A stretch of 64,000 bases of DNA, from assembly GCA_047601445.1 (NCBI GenBank), contig JASGJH010000001.1:1056001-1120000 (forward strand), written 5' to 3'. This stretch comes from Myxococcales bacterium. GTDB taxonomy: Bacteria > Myxococcota_A > Polyangia > Polyangiales > DASUME01. The position numbers were made by a program, and so were the translations under genes. The notes under the pieces are model-generated. The model saw only the letters and a program-made list of their open reading frames with translations. It was not told where the DNA came from and ran no database searches. Shown here one piece after another: positions 44,320-53,594 of this stretch. Every line of letters starts with the position of its first letter. The stretch's first letter is position 1.

Positions 44320-45999
44320 ATGAGATATTCCTTCTCGGCCCTATTGCTGGTGGCCGCGGCCTGCGCGCCAGCCGCGGATGCCCCCTCCGAACGTCCCCAA
44401 GAAGCCAGCGCTCCGCTGAGCCTGCCTTCGGGCCTCGACCTGCTCGCATCGAGCTGGGACATGGCCGGGCACGACGCCTTTGGTCATCACAACAACTCCG
44501 TGGAATTCCGCGTGCACTCACGCAACGTGGACTCGCTCGCCATCGAGTGGGTGTTCAACGGAGAGGACTTCGGCAAGCAGCTCGGCGCCATCCACGCCAC
44601 GCCGGTGGTCACCGACACGGCGATCTACGTTGGCACCAACAGCGGCCGCTTCTTGGCGGTGAATCTGGATGGCACCCTGCGTTGGGATTACGTGACGCGC
44701 GCTCCCAACCCTCTGCTGGCGTTGATCGCCAAGCCGGCGCCCGTGGGCGGGCAGATTCCCGACTTCGTGGGTACCCCCGTGGTGGGCGGCGCCGTCTACT
44801 CCGCCGAGCACAACATCGTGGTGTTCGGAGACCTCGACGGCAACATCTACGGCCTCGACGCGGACACCGGCGAGGAGCTTTGGGTCAAGGACCAGGTGGA
44901 CGCGCACTTGCTCGGCGGCGTCGTCGGCAATTCCTTGGTACGCGCGGGCGATCGCGTGGTGGTGGGCTTCGCCGCGATCGAGGACGCTGGCCTCGTGCTG
45001 CCCACGATGGGCATTCCCTACAAGTGCTGCAGCCACACGGGCTTCGTGGCCTCCTTCGACATCGCCACGGGCAACCAGGCCTGGCGCTTCGATACGGTTG
45101 CGCCCGCAGCCGTCGCGGCGCTGCCTGAGGCCTTCGCGCCCTTCAAGCTGGGGCCTTCGGGCGCCGACATCTGGGCGCAGCCCGCCTTTGATCCCCTGAC
45201 GCAGACCATCTACGTCGGCACGGGTCAGAACTATTCGCCCACCGCACAGGGCACCGGCACGTCCCTGAGTGACTCGCTGATCGCGCTCGACGCGCGCAAC
45301 GGCAAGCTCAAGTGGAGCCGGCAGATTACCGCCAACGACATCTGGGTGGCAGGACTCCCGAGCCCGGATGCGAACGGTCGCTGGACGGATCAGGACTTCG
45401 GCGATGCTCCCAAGATCTACTGGCTGCCCAACGGGCGCAAGGTCATCGGCGCGGGTCAAAAGAGCGGCGCCTATACGGTGCTGGATGCGCGCACGGGCGA
45501 GCTCGTGGCGACGACGCCGCACGTGCAGCAGGCCAATCAGCTCGGAGGTCTGCAGAACGGCAGCGCCTACGGGCGCGGCAATGTGTTCGTGCATGGCTTG
45601 AACGGCTTCGATCCCACGTCCTCCACAGGCCCCTTCGAGGGGCGCGTGATGGCGCTGTCGCCTGACGGCGCCCAGGAACGCTGGAGCTTCGCGCGGCCCT
45701 TCGGCGTGTTCGTGGCCCCGCTGGCGCTGGCTCGCGACGTGCTGTACTTCGTGTCGCCGGTGGAAGAGGCCCAGCCGGGCGTCGATCCCTTCCAGTTTGC
45801 CATTTACGCGCTGAACGCCGACACGGGCAGCGTGTTGACTCGCAAGGCCTTGCCAGGTCGCGCCGTCTCGGGGCCGGTGGTGTCCAAGGGGCACGTCTAC
45901 GTGGTCACTGGGAATCGCGCGATCGACGCACTCGGTAGCGACGACGAGGGCAGCATCATCGCGCTCGGTCCCACGCGCACCGCGGCTCCTGCGCCCTGA
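44320..45999 (+). CDS. PQQ-type beta-propeller lipoprotein, polyvinyl-alcohol-dehydrogenase-like
   Basis: Lipobox AAAC; xDxxTGxxxW blades; vicinal CC (KCCSHTG), GADIW, YVGTGQNY, DQDFG, GAGQKSG; no CXXCH heme motif seen. Confidence 0.78.
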   Translation: MRYSFSALLLVAAACAPAADAPSERPQEASAPLSLPSGLDLLASSWDMAGHDAFGHHNNSVEFRVHSRNVDSLAIEWVFNGEDFGKQLGAIHATPVVTDTAIYVGTNSGRFLAVNLDGTLRWDYVTRAPNPLLALIAKPAPVGGQIPDFVGTPVVGGAVYSAEHNIVVFGDLDGNIYGLDADTGEELWVKDQVDAHLLGGVVGNSLVRAGDRVVVGFAAIEDAGLVLPTMGIPYKCCSHTGFVASFDIATGNQAWRFDTVAPAAVAALPEAFAPFKLGPSGADIWAQPAFDPLTQTIYVGTGQNYSPTAQGTGTSLSDSLIALDARNGKLKWSRQITANDIWVAGLPSPDANGRWTDQDFGDAPKIYWLPNGRKVIGAGQKSGAYTVLDARTGELVATTPHVQQANQLGGLQNGSAYGRGNVFVHGLNGFDPTSSTGPFEGRVMALSPDGAQERWSFARPFGVFVAPLALARDVLYFVSPVEEAQPGVDPFQFAIYALNADTGSVLTRKALPGRAVSGPVVSKGHVYVVTGNRAIDALGSDDEGSIIALGPTRTAAPAP

Positions 46000-46096
46000 G
46001 TCTGGGCATATCGTGATGGCGCGCGCAGTCGGCGAGCCTTCGTAGCAGCGGTCGATGAGCGCGCGAGGCCGTGTCCGAGGCATGGTCTTGCGCAAG

Positions 46097-46160
46097 GCTC
46101 GACGCAGTTCGCGCAGCGCTCGACGCAGTTCGCGCAAAGACTCGACTGCCGATTCGCGCT
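46097..46160. repeat. Intergenic 21-bp tandem repeat (2 copies plus a degenerate third)
   Basis: GCTCGACGCAGTTCGCGCA starts at 46097 and again at 46118. Confidence 0.65.
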
Positions 46161-46410
46161 CGCGCTCAGTGCATCCTCGCGCGAGCGCTCGTGCGTGTCG
46201 TCGTAGTGAAGGTTTTTGCAGGTTCGGCCTGGAATTGACCATGGACCAAGCGGCCTTCTGACCCGAACCTTCCGGGAGTGATCGCGCCAAAGCCCCGATC
46301 ACCGCACGACGAGGGAGCGCGTCTCACGGGTCGTAAGGTGGACTGGGCTCTGCGCGGGGGCGTCGGACCAGCGGTCTGGGCGTCGTCCTTTGTGCTCGTC
46401 AGGAGGTTCC

Positions 46411-46902
46411 ATGTTCGCGTTACAAGAACCCGTCATAGACATCGCCGACCCCTCGATCGAATCGCTGTTGAGGCGCTTGTACGCGGCCATCTCGTTCGAA
46501 GAAGGCAGCGAGCCCGACTGGAGCGAACTCGAGGCCGTCTTCTCTCGACACGCCAGGATCACGCGGATCACGCCCGAGGGCACCGACTACCTGGACCCGT
46601 CGAGCTTCATCTCATTCACCAGGAACATGCACGAATTCGGCGCCTACACGAGCTTCTACGAGGTCGAAATCGCGCGCCGCACCGAGCGCTTTGGTCACAT
46701 GGCGCAAGTCTGGAGCATGTACGAGACGCGTAGTCATCGCACGGCCGCCGGCGCCCTGAACCGCGGCCTGAACTCGATCCAGCTGATCCGCGAGCGCGAC
46801 GGCTGGCAAGTGCTCGGGCTGTTGTGGGACGAAACCCACGCGCATCCGCAGCTCGACCGGAGCTCACTATTCTCGGAAGGGGGAGAGCATGGCCAAGGCT
46901 AA
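46411..46902 (+). CDS. NTF2/SnoaL-like fold protein
   Basis: AGGAGG SD; LYAAISF..PDW, FYEVEI, FGHMAQVWSMYE, RGLNSIQL, GWQVLGLLWD. Confidence 0.75.
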   Translation: MFALQEPVIDIADPSIESLLRRLYAAISFEEGSEPDWSELEAVFSRHARITRITPEGTDYLDPSSFISFTRNMHEFGAYTSFYEVEIARRTERFGHMAQVWSMYETRSHRTAAGALNRGLNSIQLIRERDGWQVLGLLWDETHAHPQLDRSSLFSEGGEHGQG

Positions 46903-48136
46903 GTCATTCTATTCGCGCGGGCGCAAGGTGCAGACGGTGGACCGCATCGTCAGCGAGCTGCAACGCGAGGGCATCCTGAAGCAGCGCGCCGCGTCGTGCA
47001 TGTTGGACGAGTGGGTCGTGGAGGGGCGCAGCATGCGCAACTTCGGTTCCTGCAGCTACATGGGCCTCGAGCGGCACCCGATGCTGATCGACGGCGCCAT
47101 GGAGGCGCTGCTGGAGTTCGGTGCCAACTTCTCCATCTCGCGCATCTACCTCGAGTGCCCGCTGTACGCCTCGCTCGAAGAGAGGCTCGAACAGGCCGTG
47201 GGCAGGCCCGTGCTCGTCACGCCGTCCACCACCATGGCCCACCTGGCTGCATTGCCGGTGTTGATCGGCGACGACGACCTGGTGATCGTGGACCAGTTCG
47301 CCCACGCGAGCATCCACATGACCACGGACTTGGTGGCCGACGTGCCCGTGGAGCTAGTCCGGCACAGCCGCATGGATCTGCTCGAGCAGCGCCTGGCCGA
47401 GGCTGGAGATCGCTTCGAGCGCATCTGGTACCTGTGCGACGGGCTCTACTCGATGCTGGGTGACTTCGCTCCCTTCGCGGCCTTGCGCGAGCTCCTGCAG
47501 CGCTACCCGCGCTTGCATCTGTACGTGGACGATGCCCACGCCATGAGCTGGATTGGGAGGCACGGTCGGGGCGCCGCTCTGTCGGAGCTCGACGGGGATC
47601 GCGTGGTGGTCGCAATGTCGCTTTCCAAGGCCTTCGGCGCCGGGGGAGGGCTGCTCGCGCTGCCCACCGTGGCGATACGGGAGCGCATCCGCAACACCGG
47701 GGGCACGTTGGTGTTCTCCGGCCCGCTATCGCCCGCGGTGCTGGGGGCGTGTGTTGGCTCGGCCAGGCTCCATCTGCTCCCCGAGTTCGACGCGATGCAG
47801 CGTGCGCTAACGGAGCGCATCGCCTGCACGCGCAACGCGCTCGACCGCCACCAGCTCAAGACCGCGACCGCAGACGACACGCCCATCTTCATGGTGCACT
47901 ACGACTCGGCCCCACGCGCTGCAGCCGTGGTGCGCGGGCTACGTGAGCGCGGCTTCTACACCTGTGTGAGCGCCTTCCCGGCGGTGCCCATGAACAAGCC
48001 GAGCATTCGCTTCACCGTGAATCGCCATAACTCGTTCGAGGACATCGAGCGGCTCGTGCAGCAGCTTTCCGGCCTCAGCCGCGACGTGGGAGGCGTGAGG
48101 TCGAGCGAGCTTCAGGCGGAGTCGAGCGGCGCATAG
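46889..48136 (+). CDS. PLP-dependent alpha-oxoamine synthase family enzyme (BioF/Kbl/SPT-like)
   Basis: NFGSCSYMGLE, DQFAHAS, DGLYSMLGD, DDAHA, SLSKAFG (PLP lysine), FPAVP..IRF. Confidence 0.85.
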   Translation: MAKAKSFYSRGRKVQTVDRIVSELQREGILKQRAASCMLDEWVVEGRSMRNFGSCSYMGLERHPMLIDGAMEALLEFGANFSISRIYLECPLYASLEERLEQAVGRPVLVTPSTTMAHLAALPVLIGDDDLVIVDQFAHASIHMTTDLVADVPVELVRHSRMDLLEQRLAEAGDRFERIWYLCDGLYSMLGDFAPFAALRELLQRYPRLHLYVDDAHAMSWIGRHGRGAALSELDGDRVVVAMSLSKAFGAGGGLLALPTVAIRERIRNTGGTLVFSGPLSPAVLGACVGSARLHLLPEFDAMQRALTERIACTRNALDRHQLKTATADDTPIFMVHYDSAPRAAAVVRGLRERGFYTCVSAFPAVPMNKPSIRFTVNRHNSFEDIERLVQQLSGLSRDVGGVRSSELQAESSGA

Positions 48137-48192
48137 GAGAGCCGACGCAGGAGGCTGTCGGAGGGCTCGTCAAAGCGGGTGCCCCGGGCGGC

Positions 48193-48714
48193 TCACCGAG
48201 CGAGCTCGAGCTTGAGGATGCGCGGGGGGTCGTCGGTGCCATCGGCGAACGCATAGGTGGCCCGCACCTGCAAGCCGTCGTGAAGCTCGATGTGCTCGGC
48301 GCCGCCGTTGTGGAAGCCGGCTTGTCCCACCTCCCAGTAGTACCCGAACCAGACACGTGGCCCGACGAAGAAGCGCTCGTAGGTGTGGTACTCGCGGCGG
48401 TCCGTACGCGCGGTCCGTATGCGCTCGGTGCCGTGGCTCAAGACGGGCCCTTCCACCACGCTCACTTGTCCGGATTCCATCAAGGAGCACAGCCGAGCGT
48501 GGTCCCAGCTCATCAATCCCACGCCGATTAGCGCGACCGCGCTTGCGAATCCCATGAGCACGAAGCCCGTGGTCCTGGGCTTGCGTTGCCGCGCGCGCAC
48601 CAGCATCCAGACCAGTCCGAGCGCGAACAGACCCGCGGCGAGATAGGCCACCTCGGGCTCGAAGGGTGCTTGTTGGGTGACGTCGTAGACCACGCGGAAT
48701 TGGTTCTCCGCCAT
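48193..48714 (-). CDS. Hypothetical membrane protein (2 TM plus small beta domain)
   Basis: Two hydrophobic helices then VVEGPV..ERFFVG..GFHN..ILKLE; ATG after GGAGG. Confidence 0.65.
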   Translation of the reverse strand: MAENQFRVVYDVTQQAPFEPEVAYLAAGLFALGLVWMLVRARQRKPRTTGFVLMGFASAVALIGVGLMSWDHARLCSLMESGQVSVVEGPVLSHGTERIRTARTDRREYHTYERFFVGPRVWFGYYWEVGQAGFHNGGAEHIELHDGLQVRATYAFADGTDDPPRILKLELAR

Positions 48715-49022
48715 ACGCCTGCTGCCTCCGGGTGCGGGGTTATTCGCGGGCTCGGCCAGGAGTTCAAGCACGTCAGCACCGCCGGCCTCAGCGGTGGGCG
48801 TTGGGCGGAAGGGCCGCACCTTGGCCGTGCTTTTCTCTACGCGGCCACACGGCACCTACCCGTACTTTGCACGACCCCACGTGGGTCTCGAAACGACGCC
48901 AATTCCCGCAGGAATACGCCAGAAAAACGCGTCTGCACACACCGCCCTCCTTACGGAGATCAGGTCGCGTCACGTACCGTATTAACAAAACTTTACGCTG
49001 TCGCAGGACAGCAAGGCGCTGT

Positions 49023-52000
49023 ATGTCCGGGTCGTATTCGCGGTCTCTGTCGCTCCAGTTCTCCTCCTCCATCCGCTTCCTGGTTGCCTCATTGACGCTC
49101 GTCTCGAGCGCATGCGGCGGGGGCGCCGACGGCGGAGTCATCAAGCACCAAGGGAAGCCCGACGGCGGCGTCGAGCTGCAACCCGATGGATCCATAAGCG
49201 ATGATCAGCCGGATGCGTCGCTCGGCAACTGCAAGACCCAGTGCGATGCGGACGACTGCGGCGAGTTCGTGGCGGACTACTGCGGCGGCCACCTGGTCTG
49301 CAATACGCAATGCCCCGAGGGACAGGTTTGCGGCCTCAAGCGCGCCGACAAATGCGACCCGGTGATGGCGCACTGCGAACCCATGGCTGCCTCCGCCGTT
49401 TGCGCCGGCAAGTGCGGCGTCGTCAGCGACGGCTGCAGCGGGGTCATCGTGTGCGGGAGCGAGAACGGCGGCGTGACGTGCGCCGACGGGCAACGCTGCG
49501 ACGAAAAGATGGACAGTGCGACCCACAATGCCTGCGTCGCCTCCTCCTCGCTCTGCCAGCCCCAGACCTGTGCGAGTCAGGGGATCGTGTGCGGCGTAGC
49601 CGGTGACGGCTGCGGCAACATCCTCGACTGCACTGCGGAAGTCGGCGGCTGCACGGACGGCAAGATCTGCGGCACGGGCGCCAACAGCGGCAAATGCGTA
49701 GAGCCGACCCATTGCGTCGCCGCGTCGCCTGCGGTGAAGTGCGCGCTCTCCTGCGGTGTCGTCGGCGACGATTGCGGCGGCACCATCGACTGCGAAGCCA
49801 GCCCGGATACAGCTTGTCCGAGCGGCACAACCTGTGGCGGCGGCGGTGAGGCCAACAAGTGCGGCAAGGGAGCGGTGTGTCCCAAGCTCGACGAGGCCAC
49901 GGCGTGCGCCGGTAAGTGTGGCTTTGCCGAGGACGGCTGCGGCGGCGCCTACGCGTGCACCCTGGCCAACGGCGGTGCCGTCTGCGATCCGAATGCGGGC
50001 GAGACCTGCGTCCAGGGCGTCTGCACGGCTCCTCCCTGTGACCCCAAGACGGCGCTCGAGCTGTGTCCCGGCGACAACGCGGGACACAAGAGCTGCGGTG
50101 TGCAGCCCGACGGTTGCAACAGCCAGGTCAACTGCGGTGGCTGCGCCGCGGACGAGACCTGCGGTCTCGCGGGCCCCAGCCTGTGCGGGCCGAACCCGAC
50201 CTGTCAGGCCACGCCGGCCAAGACCGCGTGCAAGGGCAAGTGTGGCACGGTGGCCGACGGCTGCGGCGGCACCTACGACTGCGATAGCTCCAACGACGGC
50301 GTGGTGTGCCAAGGCAACGAGTTCTGCGGCGCGTTGTCGCCGAACGAGTGCGGCGTCCCAGCCAGCACCTGCACCGCCAAGAGTTGCGGGGACCTCCAAC
50401 ACAGCTGCGGCTTGGCCTCCGACGGCTGCGGACATGTGATCAACTGCTGGTCGTCGTGTGATCCCGCCGACAAGAACTGCGCCGGTAGCTGCGGCGACAA
50501 CGCAGCCTGCCTGGGCGATGAAAACAATGGCGGCGCTCAGCGCTGCGTGGCGGGTGCCCCCACCTGCACCGGCTCGTTGTGCTCGGCTTTGCCCAACAAC
50601 TGCAGCGCGAGCGCGCCCACGCGCCTCACCGGCACCGTGCGCACGCCGGGTCGCCAAGTGGCGGGCACCTGGACCAACCAGCTGCCCGTGCCCAATGCCA
50701 TCGTCTACATCCCCGCTGAGCCCAACACGGCGCTGCCCGGCGTGTTCGAAGGCGTGGACCCCGACAACGAACTCTCGTGCGGCCGCTGTGCGGACGAGAA
50801 GTTGGTGGCCGACGGCGAGTCCGTGCTGGCCGCGGCCGTGAGCGACTACCGCGGCGAGTTCACGCTCGAGGGACGCATCCCCGTGGGCAAGGCGTTCAAG
50901 CTCGTCGTCAAGGTGGGCAAGTGGCGTCGCGTGGTGGAGGTGCCTGCCGGCGTGGCCCAGGCCTGCACCAGTCAGCCGCTGGGTTTCGACTACACGAGGC
51001 TTGCCGCCCACAGCACGGACGGCTCGAGCGGCACGCACCTGCCCAAGGTCGCCATCTCCACCGGCAAGGTGGACGAGATGGAGTGCGTATTCCGCAACAT
51101 CGGCATCGCCGACGCGGAGTTCACGGTGCCGAGCGGGACCGGGCGCCTCCACATGTACCGCGCCAATGGCGCCAAGATGGCCAATGTCGTGACCACGTGC
51201 ACGGGCAACTACCAGCCGCCAAGCATCGCGTGTACGGACACCAAGGACGGCACGCCGAACTGGGGCTGCGCCAACACTCAATCCGGCTGCAAGGTGAGCA
51301 GCAAGGGCGTGTGCAGCGGCACCTACAAGCCACCCGTGATCGCGTGCTCCGACAGCAACGGTGGCACGGACAACTACGGCTGCGCCAACGCCAAGAGCGG
51401 CTGCAAGTGGAAGACCACGACCACGGACATCTCCGTGGCGGACTCCAACCTGTACGGCAGCCTCGAGACGCTCGAAGACTACGACCTGGTGGTCTGGGAC
51501 TGCGAGGGCGGCGAGACCTTCGAGGCGGCCCCGGCGCCGGCCAACGTGGAGGCCTACGTCGACGCAGGTGGACGCATGTTCGCCAGTCACTTCAGCTACG
51601 TGTGGATCGAGAAGAACGGCACCCTCGACGACTCCGCCGACTGGGGCATGGGCGGCAGCGTGGCCACGGGCACGGGGCTGATCTCCATGCCGAGCGGCAG
51701 CACCGCGCGCGTGGGCGCCAACCCCATCAAGAGTCCGTTGTTCCGCGACTGGCTCGACTGGCAGGGCGCTCTCACCGGCACCACCGCCGGCACGCTCACC
51801 ACGCCGCTCGTTCCCCAGTTCCCTATCACGGATCCGCGCGACCGCGCGGGGGCCAAGGTCGGCCCGTCCACCGATGAATGGGTATACCGCGACGTGCGCT
51901 TCTGCTCCAACAGCAGCGGCCGCCAGTGCACCGAGGACGCCGGCTGCCAGGTGTGCTCGAACAATGCGGGCAAGTTCTGCACGGCCGACACGGACTGTGA

Positions 52001-53558
52001 TAGCCCCGGCACCTGCGGACCCACGCCTACCAAGGTGTGCGCCAACTCTGGCTCCAAGCTGTGCAGTGTGGACAAGGACTGTGGCACGAGCGCCACCTCC
52101 AAGTGCGTGGTGCCCACCTGCAAGGCCACGCTCAACCCGCGCGTGCAGCAGCTCTCCTTCAACACGCCCTACGGCGCTGGCGAGAGCGAGATCTGCGGTC
52201 GCGTCGCCTACAGCGGCTTCCACGTGGCCAATGCCAGCGACAATAGCGGCAAGTACTTCCCGGCCATCTGCGAGGACAAGGAGCTCAGCGCGCAGGAGAA
52301 GATCCTGGCCTTCATGCTGTTCGACTTGGCGACCTGCGTGTCGGCAGGCGATCCCCCGCAGCCCCCGTCGTGTACGTCGCGCACGGTCGTCGACGTGTGT
52401 CCGAACGTGAACGATGCCTGTGGCTACGTGTCCGACGGATGCGGTGGCGTGGTCGACTGCGCAGGCTGCGGCGCGGGCTTCTACTGCGATGGCAACGCTT
52501 GCAAACTCCAGGAGTGCACGCCCACCTCGTGTGCAGCGCTCGGCTTCACCTGTGGTCAGCACGCGGACGGCTGCGGCGGCATCGCGCGCAATGCTCAGGG
52601 CGTGGAGGGCTGCGGCAGCTGTAGCGAGGGTCAGGTCTGCGGCGTGGGCGGCCCCGGGTTGTGCGGCAGCGCAGCTTGCAAGCAGATCGCGAAGGCCACG
52701 GCCTGTCCGGCCAACTCGTGCGGTCTGGTCAGCGACGGTTGTGGCGGCACCTACGACTGCGGCAACTGCACCGGCGGACAAGTCTGCGGCGGCGGCGGCG
52801 CTGGCTTGTGCGGCGCTGGCTCGTGCACCGCGACCTCCAAGGACGTGGCCTGCGCGTCCAAGAACTGCGGTGTCGTGAGTGACGGCTGCGGTGGAACCTA
52901 CGAATGCGGCACGTGCACGCTGCCGGACAACTGCGGCGGTTCCGGTCATCCCAACGTGTGCGGTCACCCGGCCTGCACGCCGTACACTCAGGGCCAAGCC
53001 TGTGCTGGTCTCGAGTGCGGCTGGGTCAGCAACGGCTGCGGTGGCGCGATCCAGTGCGGCACCTGCGCCAACGGCGGCGTGTGCGGCGGCGCGGGCCCGA
53101 ACCTGTGCGGCGCGAGCTGCGAACCGACCACCTGTGTCGCCGAGGGCGCGCAGTGCGGTGCCGTCGGCGACGATTGCGGCGGTATCCTGCAGTGCGGCAA
53201 GTGCCCCTCGGGTCAGACCTGCGGCGCTGGTGGTCCCAACAAGTGCGGCTCCGGCCCAACCTGCGCGCCGCGCAGCTGCACCGATGCGATGGCGGAGTGC
53301 GGGCTCGTCGGCGACGGCTGCGGTGGCGTGCTCGACTGCGGCCCCTGCACGGAAGCGGGCGAGACCTGCGGCGGCGCCGGGGTGCCCAATCAGTGCAGCA
53401 TGGGCACTGGCGGCTGCAACAAGGTCACCTGTGAGATGCGCGGCATCGAGTGCGGCGCTGCCAGCGACGGCTGTGGCGGCGTGCTCGACTGCGGCGGTTG
53501 CGGCTCCGGGTACACCTGCGAGCAATCGCACTGCAAGGAAGTCTTCATCCTCCAGTGA
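49023..53558 (+). CDS. Giant cysteine-rich repeat lipoprotein (1511 aa)
   Basis: Lipobox VSSAC; 8 N-terminal and 8 C-terminal CGxxx(D/N)xCGGxxxC-type repeats around a central non-repeat region (LTGTVRTP, GEFTL, VKVGKWRR, AISTGKVDEMEC, GGRMFASH, GRVAYSGFH). Confidence 0.88.
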   Translation: MSGSYSRSLSLQFSSSIRFLVASLTLVSSACGGGADGGVIKHQGKPDGGVELQPDGSISDDQPDASLGNCKTQCDADDCGEFVADYCGGHLVCNTQCPEGQVCGLKRADKCDPVMAHCEPMAASAVCAGKCGVVSDGCSGVIVCGSENGGVTCADGQRCDEKMDSATHNACVASSSLCQPQTCASQGIVCGVAGDGCGNILDCTAEVGGCTDGKICGTGANSGKCVEPTHCVAASPAVKCALSCGVVGDDCGGTIDCEASPDTACPSGTTCGGGGEANKCGKGAVCPKLDEATACAGKCGFAEDGCGGAYACTLANGGAVCDPNAGETCVQGVCTAPPCDPKTALELCPGDNAGHKSCGVQPDGCNSQVNCGGCAADETCGLAGPSLCGPNPTCQATPAKTACKGKCGTVADGCGGTYDCDSSNDGVVCQGNEFCGALSPNECGVPASTCTAKSCGDLQHSCGLASDGCGHVINCWSSCDPADKNCAGSCGDNAACLGDENNGGAQRCVAGAPTCTGSLCSALPNNCSASAPTRLTGTVRTPGRQVAGTWTNQLPVPNAIVYIPAEPNTALPGVFEGVDPDNELSCGRCADEKLVADGESVLAAAVSDYRGEFTLEGRIPVGKAFKLVVKVGKWRRVVEVPAGVAQACTSQPLGFDYTRLAAHSTDGSSGTHLPKVAISTGKVDEMECVFRNIGIADAEFTVPSGTGRLHMYRANGAKMANVVTTCTGNYQPPSIACTDTKDGTPNWGCANTQSGCKVSSKGVCSGTYKPPVIACSDSNGGTDNYGCANAKSGCKWKTTTTDISVADSNLYGSLETLEDYDLVVWDCEGGETFEAAPAPANVEAYVDAGGRMFASHFSYVWIEKNGTLDDSADWGMGGSVATGTGLISMPSGSTARVGANPIKSPLFRDWLDWQGALTGTTAGTLTTPLVPQFPITDPRDRAGAKVGPSTDEWVYRDVRFCSNSSGRQCTEDAGCQVCSNNAGKFCTADTDCDSPGTCGPTPTKVCANSGSKLCSVDKDCGTSATSKCVVPTCKATLNPRVQQLSFNTPYGAGESEICGRVAYSGFHVANASDNSGKYFPAICEDKELSAQEKILAFMLFDLATCVSAGDPPQPPSCTSRTVVDVCPNVNDACGYVSDGCGGVVDCAGCGAGFYCDGNACKLQECTPTSCAALGFTCGQHADGCGGIARNAQGVEGCGSCSEGQVCGVGGPGLCGSAACKQIAKATACPANSCGLVSDGCGGTYDCGNCTGGQVCGGGGAGLCGAGSCTATSKDVACASKNCGVVSDGCGGTYECGTCTLPDNCGGSGHPNVCGHPACTPYTQGQACAGLECGWVSNGCGGAIQCGTCANGGVCGGAGPNLCGASCEPTTCVAEGAQCGAVGDDCGGILQCGKCPSGQTCGAGGPNKCGSGPTCAPRSCTDAMAECGLVGDGCGGVLDCGPCTEAGETCGGAGVPNQCSMGTGGCNKVTCEMRGIECGAASDGCGGVLDCGGCGSGYTCEQSHCKEVFILQ

Positions 53559-53594
53559 ACGCGCGTGGGCCGAGGGAGGCGTTGGCAGAGGCCG

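Noticed and set aside
46097..46160. Mini CRISPR array
   Set aside because: The repeats are directly adjacent with no spacers, there are only two good copies, and no cas genes are present.
46889..48136. Naming this gene bioF or cqsA
   Set aside because: Family motifs are shared across alpha-oxoamine synthases. There are no biotin genes or cognate sensor kinase adjacent to decide it.
49089..53531. Long antisense ORFs (1480 aa here; also 10060-12276, 40329-42254, 44518-46302 and others)
   Set aside because: Shadow frames of real genes, expected in high-GC DNA with few stop codons; no protein motifs.
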